From Phascolarctobacterium succinatutens CAG:287 (lineage in GTDB: Bacteria; Bacillota; Negativicutes; Acidaminococcales; Acidaminococcaceae), in the NCBI RefSeq assembly GCF_000434895.1, contig NZ_FR892810.1, positions 1,144 to 65,143 on the forward strand: a stretch of 64,000 nucleotides of DNA. Reading direction: 5' to 3'. Positions 56,801 to 64,000 of the stretch are shown here, one piece after another. The translations under genes were made by a program, and so were the position numbers. Within the stretch, counting starts at the first letter, position 1; every line of letters starts with the position of its first letter. The notes below the pieces were generated by a model that saw only the letters and a list, made by a program, of their open reading frames with translations, did no database searches and was not told where the DNA came from.

Positions 56801-58137
56801 GCAAAAAAGCTGAGGTCATCAATATTAAGGCCCTTGCTGTCATAGCTGCCATCAAAGGCTAAGCGTTTAAGCTTCAGGCTGCGCCAGCCGATATCCATTG
56901 TATCGGCAGCAGCGTGCAGCGTAAGCTTGTCCTGCACCAGCTTGGCCAGAACAGCCAGCTTACCGTTGATATGTACCTGCTCCTGCTGTTTGCCGGGCAA
57001 ATTCTGCGTAACCTGCTGCAGCTGTGCGTCTGCCGTCAGTACCTGCTCCTTAAGGTCATACGTACCGTTAGCGGTAATCGTACCGCCGCCGTATTGCGCA
57101 CTCACGTCATAGAGCTGCACAACGTCCTTAGATACATCAAACGGCACACGCAGCTTTTCCGCCTTATAGCCTTTATAGGCCAAGGCATCACTGCTCAGCA
57201 CACCAAATCCTGAAGGCGCGTCAGTATCACGCAAATCCGCTTCACCCTCCAGGTGTAGCTTCTGCCCGTCAACCACAGCGTCAATACTGCTGACGCTGAT
57301 AAGGTTTTCATCCGCGCGTACCAAGCCGTCCAGCTGCAGGCTGTGCTGCTCGCCCGCCAGGCTCAGCTTACCGCTGAGCGCTGCCAGCTTCACTTCACCG
57401 CTAAAGCGCTGCTTGCCGTTCTTATTCACATAAAGCAGAGTGAGCTTGCCTAAGCCGCCCTGCAGCTCATCAACATTACCGTATTGCTTGGCCAAAGCAG
57501 CATAGGGTGCCAATGCCAGCTTATCGCCGGTCAGCTTCATGCGGCCCTCGCCCTTAGTAGTCATCGTGCCGGCCAGCTTCAGCTTATCGGCGCCGCTTGT
57601 CACAGCCAAATCCACGGCAAAATCAGGATTGGCACCGCCGTCGATATTGCCTTCCACGCCAAACTGCCACTTGCCCTGCGGCATAGTTACCACCAGCTCG
57701 CCCTTGTCTACCGCCAGCGTACCGTAAAAAGGCGTTTCCTCAGAATCCGACGGCTTCAGCAGATTCTGCATATTCCATTTATTTTTGTCATTCATTGTGA
57801 GATATATTTTCGGGCGCATTACATCAATCCTGCTCAGCGCACGCTCAGGCTTCTGCATAGCAAGCCAGGGTCGCAGCGTAAGCACAGTACGCGGCAGCTC
57901 CGCTACCTTCTCGCCCTTGGCATCCTTTACGACAACGTCCGTCAGCTCGGCAGTAAGACCGCCTTCCCATTTCAGGCCGCCGACAGAAACACTGCCGTTG
58001 ATGTATTCCGTTGCCAGCTGCTGGAGCTGCGGTATGGCCTGCTTAATATACTTAGGCATCACCGTATGGACTAAAAAGATATAGCCTGCCGCAAGCAGAA
58101 TGATTAATGCTCCTATAAATTGCAGATATTTTTTCAT
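53848..58137 (-). CDS. tamB: translocation and assembly module protein TamB (AsmA-like, DUF490 C-terminus)
   Basis: 1429 aa; N-terminal signal anchor (ALIILLAAGYIFLV), long beta-taco repeat region, and a conserved DUF490 C-terminal domain ending ...WYGLEYKISF. Immediately upstream of the sigma/bamA genes, as in the Negativicutes OM cluster. Confidence 0.85.
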   Translation of the reverse strand: MKKYLQFIGALIILLAAGYIFLVHTVMPKYIKQAIPQLQQLATEYINGSVSVGGLKWEGGLTAELTDVVVKDAKGEKVAELPRTVLTLRPWLAMQKPERALSRIDVMRPKIYLTMNDKNKWNMQNLLKPSDSEETPFYGTLAVDKGELVVTMPQGKWQFGVEGNIDGGANPDFAVDLAVTSGADKLKLAGTMTTKGEGRMKLTGDKLALAPYAALAKQYGNVDELQGGLGKLTLLYVNKNGKQRFSGEVKLAALSGKLSLAGEQHSLQLDGLVRADENLISVSSIDAVVDGQKLHLEGEADLRDTDAPSGFGVLSSDALAYKGYKAEKLRVPFDVSKDVVQLYDVSAQYGGGTITANGTYDLKEQVLTADAQLQQVTQNLPGKQQEQVHINGKLAVLAKLVQDKLTLHAAADTMDIGWRSLKLKRLAFDGSYDSKGLNIDDLSFFADGGGTLAAKGRVAKDGALAVHGRMADFPIDPVLAAAGQDGRGLCSTGFDVGGTLDAPEFSGMVQLTQAEFMSQKLNEAHGIISMRDNILGFKDFTAHMDQGQHILNGTVNLQGAEPVADLMLTTKNVRIEPLMVLVGKPDIVTGNLDNVMQVKGSLSHPYIHGEVHASDGSAAKQLFNNISGHYAYEDGLLRLQDFVVDAFYGRLTLDGTMTVDRRLNFVMDAQNVDLEHLPISDETVALGGKVNAKGHLSGTLTAPFFDGEVSSDRITINDEPLTELKGTLASNGRDVNKLNASFKQPYRDDPINYGLYSADLNINLVQHFIEGKVENLWGDIGGLLRMARQDYDINGLMQGELLFSYKGHGEGVKIKAAADNVKIHDLNYAQMRFEGRIDKGGVLHFDNVKMQEQDGVSDRGIIAVGGSVDLKQRMLDIEVAAVKANPAIVTAVMKDPPEIKGETDMLVQVQGSFDNPKGTASLEIANGSVAGVSVDDMTAMLALADDNIKLQQLIATKDAYGVSASGDIPLDLFRDKKQRHNPDAQMNIVMDLDKARLGILPALTKMVEWGVGDTQGKIRLAGTLEEPLLFGSVKIAGGSVKVKYINTVFDDINLDVLFNGNTVQLKNLSAKLGKGMLSAEGSYALHTDADTAYSLHIKADKAQLASKIFTGTITSDVTLQPEKYPDMKNRKGNAAPPMAFRPRISGSLRLDDVLINMPTVPELSEGDSNIGLDMKLILGPKVHLYNSYLYDIWLKGGIDIKGSTLFPMIDGTIKADKGTVKYLRTDFKLNNASLVWVDPGSFLPNVSLDSTARFSRYNIFMKINGPVSEMDLQLTSDPPLTQNTIVRMLTLQRESAGSNEVTSDDMANLMTVGLQMTVLGDVEMFVKQTLGLDQFRIYTGKTRSGIGFESVHDRNKELTADEKNQYNVLVSKYLNNNFMIGYTTSFDAVDRSIFGQYDISKHMNITYSRSYDLAKDPKDWYGLEYKISF

Positions 58138-58297
58138 GACACTTCACCATTTAATAGTTTAACAAAATTCTATGACAAAAATATGACAAGACTGTTTTTT
58201 ATATACTCCGACTTCTATTTATTCGACATCAGCAGAAAACATCCTCTTATTGAGAAGAAATTTCTTTTATCCGCTGAAATCTCGGCTAAAGCCGCAT

Positions 58298-58330
58298 AAA
58301 AAAGCCGGTGAGATTTATGCCCCACCGGCC
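58298..58330 (-). terminator. Rho-independent terminator downstream of the TolC-family gene
   Basis: On the minus strand, ggccggtggggcataaatctcaccggc followed by ttttttat. Confidence 0.5.
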
Positions 58331-58365
58331 TGATTGTGTCACTGTTTATTAAATTTACGCCTTAA

Positions 58366-59778
58366 TTATTTGGCAGTCTCTTCGGTTTTTTCTTCGGTTG
58401 CTTTAACAGCTTTCGCAGTTTTGGCAGCCTGCACCTTTACAGCAGTCACAGGATTTTCCATCGGCACGCCGATAGAGGTTTCCAGTGCTGTCTTGGAGGT
58501 ATTGTAATCATACAGAGCCTGCGTATAGTTGGTCTTGGCCTGAGTCAGCGCAACCTGAGCATCTAGCACGTCAGTGTTGGTGCCAACACCGGACATATAA
58601 CGCAGCTGAGCGATACGGTAATCCTCATCAGCCTGCTCTACAGCCAGCTTAGTGGTGCTGATACGTTTTTCTGCTTCGCGCAGTCCCAGATAATTGCTGC
58701 GAACATCAAGGTTTACAGCATTCACGGTATCGCGATATGTTTCCTCAGCCTTTTTCAAATCAGCCTCGGCACCATGAATCTTGGACAGGGTTACACCGGT
58801 ATCGAAAACGTTCAGGCTGACATTTACGCCCACGCCCCATTTGCCATCTTCATCACCAGGCCAGTTGCTGTCACTCCATTGCTGGGTAGCACTAGCAGCA
58901 ACCTGCGGCATATGACCGCTGCGAGCAACCATCAAGGCGCCCTTAGCAGCGTCAACACCGTATTTAGCCTGCATCAGCTCCGGACGATGCTCGGCAGCAT
59001 AAGCCAGGCAGTCATCCATGTTTTGATCATAGGCATTATAAACCAGCAGATTGTCGAGCTTCAGAGTGGTGTCCATCGGCAGGCCGACGATTTTGTTCAT
59101 GTTTGCTTCAGCAACCTGATAGGAATTTTCAGCCTGAATCAGGGTTTGCTTAGCATTGGCCAGCTCAACCTGAGAACGCAGCACATCTACCTTGGCTACC
59201 ACGCCAACGTCATACTGTGCCTGAACATTTTTCAGATGGTCTTCCAGACGGGTAACGGATTCAGCACTAAGCTTTTGCATATTATCAGCCTGCAGCATTT
59301 TGAAATAACCGTCGGTAACGGTAGAACGCATTTCGTTATAGGTACGCTGTACGCCAACCTCATTGTATTGATAGTTAGCCTTTGCCTGTTTAATAGTACC
59401 GCTTAATTTACCGCCGGTAAAAATCGGCAGAGAAGCAGTCAGGCTGTTGGCATGATTGTTGCCGATTCCCTTGGTCCAAAGACCGGGAGCAGCTTCATGA
59501 GCATCATCATAACCGCCGCGCTGAGTAGTATGGTTGGCACTGATGCTGATACCGCGGCTCTGGCGGGCAGCGTTGTAGCTGGCACGTGCGCTGTCAAGCT
59601 CGTATTGAGCAATGCTTACGGTCGGATTGGACTGGAATGCCCGCAGCATAGCGTCGTCCAGATTTAAAGCAACAGTTTCACCTGCAAAAGCACTTTGCCC
59701 CAGTGCCATGGTCAGTGCTGCAGATAAAAGCAAGAAACGTTTGGTTAATTTATTTCTATTCATCCGAAAAACCTCCAT
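58366..59778 (-). CDS. TolC-family outer membrane efflux protein
   Basis: Signal peptide, two-repeat OEP architecture with helical-hairpin signatures (LDDAMLRAFQSNPTV ... SQVELANAKQTLIQAENSYQVA ... LDAQVALTQAKTNYTQALYDY). Confidence 0.85.
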   Translation of the reverse strand: MEVFRMNRNKLTKRFLLLSAALTMALGQSAFAGETVALNLDDAMLRAFQSNPTVSIAQYELDSARASYNAARQSRGISISANHTTQRGGYDDAHEAAPGLWTKGIGNNHANSLTASLPIFTGGKLSGTIKQAKANYQYNEVGVQRTYNEMRSTVTDGYFKMLQADNMQKLSAESVTRLEDHLKNVQAQYDVGVVAKVDVLRSQVELANAKQTLIQAENSYQVAEANMNKIVGLPMDTTLKLDNLLVYNAYDQNMDDCLAYAAEHRPELMQAKYGVDAAKGALMVARSGHMPQVAASATQQWSDSNWPGDEDGKWGVGVNVSLNVFDTGVTLSKIHGAEADLKKAEETYRDTVNAVNLDVRSNYLGLREAEKRISTTKLAVEQADEDYRIAQLRYMSGVGTNTDVLDAQVALTQAKTNYTQALYDYNTSKTALETSIGVPMENPVTAVKVQAAKTAKAVKATEEKTEETAK

Positions 59779-59847
59779 TTTCTAAAACTGACTAATCAGT
59801 CAGTAGTAAAATTATATATTTATTTAGGGCTGTTTGTCAAATATTTT

Positions 59848-61116
59848 TTAGAAATAAGTACGCACACCCATATAAGTATTAGCTTTATTACCGCGCACAT
59901 CCATGGTTTCGCCGTAAAGCGACAGGTTATCATGCAAACGGAATTCGCCGCCCAAACGCACCTTGAAATCATCAAAGTCATATAACTGAGAATACAACCT
60001 GAAGTCCCTGCCTAAATCGTAGCTGGCGCCGACCCCGAAGTCACCCTGCATCGCACCCATGCTGAAGGCTGCGTTGCCATACTGACGGCCTACAAGAAAA
60101 TCAAATTTATTGGCATTGCCGATGTCATAACCGCCCATATAAAGGAAGGTATCATCTGCCGGGTGCAGCGTTACGCCCAAGCTACCGCGCCAATCGCCGC
60201 CCTTGGCGGCAAAGCCGGCGTCAGTTGAAACCTTCGCCTCAGTAAGCGTTCCCAAAATCCTGTTGGCACGCTCACTCGTTTCCTTGACGTTAACCAGCGT
60301 TTCCTTCAGCGATTTCTGTGTTACCGGGTCCTTCGCTACCGTTTCCAGCACCTCGACGATATTTTCCATACGCTGGCTGGTGTCTGCCATATTCTGGGCA
60401 ATCGCAGCCACATTCTGGCCCGTCTTGCCGTTATTGTCCACACCGGCCATAATGCTTTCGATATGGGCCGCCGTGCCGTTCATACGATGGCTCAGCTCGT
60501 TAATCTGATGAATCATCGAAGTAATATCCTGCTGGTTAGCTACTGCCACATCAGCCATTACCTTCGTGAAGGTATTCATGTTCTCAGCGATATCATTCAT
60601 ATTCTTAAAGCCGGATTTCATGGACTGCTGGACTTCCTTATCGCCAAAAACATTTTCAAAGGCATTGGCGATATTTTCCATACGCTTCACCAAATCACCG
60701 GAGGAAGCAAAGAATTCATCAATACCACCGCCGGCAACACCATTAATCGTGCTGCCTTCGGCTACATAACCCTGTCCCTGCTTGGCAGGCGGGATAACGC
60801 TGACATATTTTTCACCCATAATACCGTCAGAAGAAATCGTAAAGGTTGCTCCCTGCGGTATTTTGATATCGTCATTAATTTCTGTGATAACCTCTACCTT
60901 ATCCGGTGCCACATTAATCTTTTTGACCGTGCCCACCTGCACGCCTGCATAGCGCACAACATGTCCTGGCATCAGGCCGCTGACCTGAGGATAGTTAATG
61001 CGCAGCTCATAGCCCTTTTTGCCAAAGCTGAAAGCACCCATAAAGGTAATAATGCCTGCCAGCACTACTGCGCCGCCTAACGCAAAGGCACCAACCTTAA
61101 CCTCACTGCTGCTCAT
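59848..61116 (-). CDS. mlaD: MlaD/MCE-domain protein with long C-terminal extension ending in a barrel-like segment
   Basis: N-terminal TM plus MCE domain (ELRINYPQVSGLMPGHVVRYAGVQVGTVKKI), a roughly 170-aa helical region, then a beta-rich C-terminus ending ...NTYMGVRTYF (terminal Phe). 422 aa, versus about 180 aa for a canonical MlaD. Confidence 0.8.
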   Translation of the reverse strand: MSSSEVKVGAFALGGAVVLAGIITFMGAFSFGKKGYELRINYPQVSGLMPGHVVRYAGVQVGTVKKINVAPDKVEVITEINDDIKIPQGATFTISSDGIMGEKYVSVIPPAKQGQGYVAEGSTINGVAGGGIDEFFASSGDLVKRMENIANAFENVFGDKEVQQSMKSGFKNMNDIAENMNTFTKVMADVAVANQQDITSMIHQINELSHRMNGTAAHIESIMAGVDNNGKTGQNVAAIAQNMADTSQRMENIVEVLETVAKDPVTQKSLKETLVNVKETSERANRILGTLTEAKVSTDAGFAAKGGDWRGSLGVTLHPADDTFLYMGGYDIGNANKFDFLVGRQYGNAAFSMGAMQGDFGVGASYDLGRDFRLYSQLYDFDDFKVRLGGEFRLHDNLSLYGETMDVRGNKANTYMGVRTYF

Positions 61117-61873
61117 TTTTCTCCTCCTCTTTCAATTCCATGCCGTTAATAAAAGCCTTCACGACTGGATTAGTACTGTTTTTTATCTCCGCCACTGTGC
61201 CCAGCTGCACAATGCGTCCATTATATAGCATAGCGATACGGTCTGCGGCATAATAGGCCGATTCCATATCGTGTGTTACCAAAACCGATGTTACTCCCAG
61301 CGTCTGCTGGGTTTTGCGTATCAGCCTGCTGATGGTCATCGTCATCACCGGGTCCAGACCGGAGGTCGGCTCATCATAAAAAACCATCTGCGGCTGCATG
61401 GCCAGCGCCCGCGCCAGGCCAACGCGCTTTTTCATACCGCCGGAAAGCTCTGCCGGCATCATCTTCTGCGTACCCGGCATGCCTACCATCTCCAGCAGCT
61501 TGCCGACGCGTTCCTGTATTTCCTCCTCCGGCAGCTTAAAATGCCGCCGCAGGCCGAAGGCTACATTCTCTCCTACGTTCAGAAAGTCGAATAAGGCGGA
61601 ATACTGGAACACTACGCCCATATGCTGGCGCAGCCCATCCCATTCATCCTCAGTGAAAGCGCTTGCGTCCTGCCCGTCGATAACAATACTGCCGGAAGTA
61701 GGTGCCAGCAGTCCTGTCAGCAACTTGATGATGGTACTCTTGCCGGTGCCTGAGGGACCGATAACTGCCAGCGTTTCCCCTTGACGTACATTCAAATCCA
61801 GATTATCAAGAATCACCTTGCTGCCAAAGGCCATTTTAAGTTGTCGGAGCTGAATCATTGCTGCATTTGACAT
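61103..61873 (-). CDS. mlaF: phospholipid ABC transporter ATP-binding protein
   Basis: Walker A GPSGTGKST, signature LSGGMKKRVGLARAL, Walker B VFYDEPTSGLD. Overlaps the mlaD start. Confidence 0.85.
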   Translation of the reverse strand: MSNAAMIQLRQLKMAFGSKVILDNLDLNVRQGETLAVIGPSGTGKSTIIKLLTGLLAPTSGSIVIDGQDASAFTEDEWDGLRQHMGVVFQYSALFDFLNVGENVAFGLRRHFKLPEEEIQERVGKLLEMVGMPGTQKMMPAELSGGMKKRVGLARALAMQPQMVFYDEPTSGLDPVMTMTISRLIRKTQQTLGVTSVLVTHDMESAYYAADRIAMLYNGRIVQLGTVAEIKNSTNPVVKAFINGMELKEEEKNEQQ

Positions 61874-61885
61874 TTTTCCGGCTCC

Positions 61886-62656
61886 TTACACATACAAAAT
61901 AATCGAAAGAAAATAGTTGGTGATAAACACCAGAATAATCGAAAGCACTACCGAGGCTGTAGTCGCCAGGCCAACGCCTTCCGCGCCATTCGGCGCGTTC
62001 AGGCCCTTATAGCAGCCTACGATAGCAATTATCGCACCAAAGACACAGCTTTTGACCATACCGCCAAACACGTCATAGAACTCCGCTAGTGTCCTGATAG
62101 AATTTTCATAAGTAAAGCTGCCGATGCCGGCGTAATAATGCGCCACCACCCAGCCGCCGATATTACCGATAAGGTTAGCAAAAAGCACCAATAAAGGCAT
62201 CATCAGCACCAGCGCAATAAAGCGCGGCACCACCAGATAGCTCACCGGATTGGCAGCCATAACACGCAGCGCGTCAATCTGCTCGGTAACCTTCATCGTG
62301 CCAAGCTCCGCTGCAATCGCCGCACCGATACGGCCGGCAACAACAACGCCTGTCAGCACCGGCACCAGCTCACGCGCCATGGCGATAGCCACAATGCCGC
62401 CTACGGTAGAGGACGCGCCCAGACGCACGAACTCCTTGGCTGTCTGTACGGAAAAAACCATACCGGTACAGAGAATCGTCATCATCACAATCGGCAGCGA
62501 ATCTGCTCCCAAAAGTGCCATCTGACGCACAACCTCCTTCGCATCAGCGTCCTTCAGACGACGCAGCGTCGCCAAAAGCAGCAGCGTCAGCCTGCCGCTG
62601 GCCGCGCAAAAGGCCAATATTCTGTTGCCCATTGCTTCACAGATAGATTTCAGCAT
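61886..62656 (-). CDS. mlaE: phospholipid ABC transporter permease
   Basis: MlaE/YrbE permease family with 5-6 TM helices (LVPVLTGVVVAGRIGAAIAAELGTMKVTEQIDAL motif). Confidence 0.85.
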   Translation of the reverse strand: MLKSICEAMGNRILAFCAASGRLTLLLLATLRRLKDADAKEVVRQMALLGADSLPIVMMTILCTGMVFSVQTAKEFVRLGASSTVGGIVAIAMARELVPVLTGVVVAGRIGAAIAAELGTMKVTEQIDALRVMAANPVSYLVVPRFIALVLMMPLLVLFANLIGNIGGWVVAHYYAGIGSFTYENSIRTLAEFYDVFGGMVKSCVFGAIIAIVGCYKGLNAPNGAEGVGLATTASVVLSIILVFITNYFLSIILYV

Positions 62657-62781
62657 TTTTATATCCTTATCTTCAGCTTTTTCTACTTAATTATTATACC
62701 GCCAAATTATGGCGAATGTATGACACAAAGAGGCCGTACTGTTACAGTAACGGGAAAATTTTTGTTAACCGCCAGACAAAA

Positions 62782-64000
62782 TTATTTGTCAACGGTGAGC
62801 ACAATCTCGCTTTCACCGTCAATAATAAAATCAAAGGGGTACTTCTGCTTGAACGGCGAGCCCTGCAGCATACCCGCAAGGCCTGCATCGTTAGCAGCAG
62901 CCTCCGGATTCGGCGGCTGCATTTGTCCCATCGCCACATCAATAATCAGCTCATTATTCTTGTCGGCCGTATTCACGCTCTTGATATAATCGCTGAGCTT
63001 GTGACGTGTTTCCTTCTTCTTGGCTGCAGGAACACCTTCAGCCTGCTGCTTGCGCAGCAATTCGATAGCCCATGCCATGCTGCTGCCACCGCGTACATTC
63101 AGCGCCAGCTTGCCGCCCGGATGATCCTTAGGCACCTTGAAATAAACCGTCTTGGTAAATTCTTCGCCACGGTAAGGCTTCATCGTAACATCAACAGCTA
63201 CCTTATCACCAGGCTTAACCCTGGCATTCTTGGCGCGCACGTTAAGAATTTCCGCAACCTGTACCGCATTGCTGACCTCAACCTCTACGTTGATGCCATA
63301 AAGCTGCACCGGCTCAAACTTATTCTGCATCAGAATCGTTACCGCCTCCGTCAGCTCTGCATCGAGGTTCTTCAGCAGCGCGTCATTGGAATAATACATA
63401 TTTTCGCGGTCAATCGACAGCATTTCCTTCTTGCTGTCCACGCCGGTGATTGTAAAATGCAGTTTGGCTGTGCCCCCGCCATTACGGTCCACAGTCTTGC
63501 TCACAGTATTGACTACTGCTGCATCGACCATCGAAGGCACCAGCTGCGGATCATCAATTAGGCGCATACGCATGCTGTTGGCCTGACCGCGGCTGCTGTC
63601 GTTAACCGTAACAAACATCGGAATAGAATCGGGCTGCTTGCCGACTACGCCGCCGATACCGCTGGCACGGTCCTGCGTAATGCTGCCGATAGCCTCACCA
63701 AGATTGCCTACCTTATAGCTGCTTTGCAGGTTAGGCACTACGCCCAGCACCCACACCTTATTCATAAAGAAGTTGCTGCTGCCGCGCTGCATAAAGGGGT
63801 GGCCGAATGCCAGAACCTTACCGCTATCATCGGTCCAGGTAACAGTACCGAGAGCACCAAGAGTCATATCACCCTGCATCAGAGCCACGCCGACACTGCT
63901 GCCCGGCTCCAGCGGCTTAGCGCTGGAAGCGCCGGCAGCACCGCTGTTGATTGCTGTAAGGCCGAAGGGCTGCAGCTTCTCCTGCAGATATTCCATGCCG
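62782..64000 (-). CDS. S55 (SpoIVB-like) serine peptidase family protein, partial (N-terminus outside window)
   Basis: GALGTVTWTDDSGKVLAFGHPF resembles the SpoIVB/S55 GxxT..D....G.GA.GH block. The ORF continues past the window end. Assignment is tentative. Confidence 0.4.
   Translation of the reverse strand, partial: GMEYLQEKLQPFGLTAINSGAAGASSAKPLEPGSSVGVALMQGDMTLGALGTVTWTDDSGKVLAFGHPFMQRGSSNFFMNKVWVLGVVPNLQSSYKVGNLGEAIGSITQDRASGIGGVVGKQPDSIPMFVTVNDSSRGQANSMRMRLIDDPQLVPSMVDAAVVNTVSKTVDRNGGGTAKLHFTITGVDSKKEMLSIDRENMYYSNDALLKNLDAELTEAVTILMQNKFEPVQLYGINVEVEVSNAVQVAEILNVRAKNARVKPGDKVAVDVTMKPYRGEEFTKTVYFKVPKDHPGGKLALNVRGGSSMAWAIELLRKQQAEGVPAAKKKETRHKLSDYIKSVNTADKNNELIIDVAMGQMQPPNPEAAANDAGLAGMLQGSPFKQKYPFDFIIDGESEIVLTVDK

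Noticed and set aside
62716-63561. 281-aa plus-strand ORF opposite the S55-like gene
   Set aside because: No motifs. It overlaps a minus-strand ORF that continues the operon and has a recognisable peptidase block.
1-64000. CRISPR arrays, rRNA genes, IS elements or transposases
   Set aside because: No regularly spaced short repeats, no rRNA-like conserved stretches, and no DDE or transposase-like ORFs with terminal inverted repeats were found on inspection.

Overview
This 64-kb window looks like chromosome from a diderm (outer-membrane-bearing) Firmicute, probably a Negativicutes-type organism. It splits into three parts.

(1) 1-5.6 kb is housekeeping at about 50% GC: a partial M20 amidohydrolase, cysE, a GltD/SudA-like oxidoreductase, a ThiD/PdxK-family kinase and a TonB-dependent receptor.

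(2) About 5.6-26.8 kb is an AT-rich accessory region. It holds a long minus-strand operon of tailoring-type enzymes: a UXS-like dehydratase, a radical-SAM-like protein with a CX5CX2C motif, a GT2 glycosyltransferase, a NodU/CmcH-type carbamoyltransferase, a zinc-ribbon protein and an ATP-grasp enzyme. Next to it is a compact RiPP-like module: a YkgJ Cys-cluster protein, a radical SAM enzyme, small peptide 2, a PqqD-like RRE and small peptide 1. The two peptides are paralogous and Gly/Ala-rich; peptide 2 is below the ORF-track size cut-off. A roughly 10.9-kb element then follows, bounded by a 53-bp direct repeat that duplicates the 3' end of tRNA-Ser(GCU) plus its terminator hairpin. No integrase is visible in it. 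It carries a three-gene operon (ferredoxin-domain protein, hypothetical protein, and an HNH-motif protein with a Gly-zipper region), duplicated XRE regulator modules, a CGNR zinc-finger protein, a Schlafen/AlbA_2-type ATPase regulator and an AAA_21-type ATPase. Two tRNA-Ser genes close this region.

(3) 27-62.7 kb is a single-strand LPS and outer-membrane biogenesis supercluster: lptFG/B/A/C, two lipid A acyltransferases, kdsC/D/A/B, a waaA-lpxK fusion, msbA, lpxB, lpxI, lpxA, fabZ, lpxC, lpxD, three Skp/OmpH paralogs, bamA, a sigma/anti-sigma pair, tamB, tolC and mlaDFE. A partial S55 (SpoIVB-like) peptidase sits at the window edge.

No CRISPR array, rRNA or recognisable transposase was seen. 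The most novel candidates are the RiPP-like twin-peptide/PqqD/radical-SAM module with its glycosylation/carbamoylation/ATP-grasp neighbours, and the integrase-less tRNA-Ser island carrying the HNH-containing operon.
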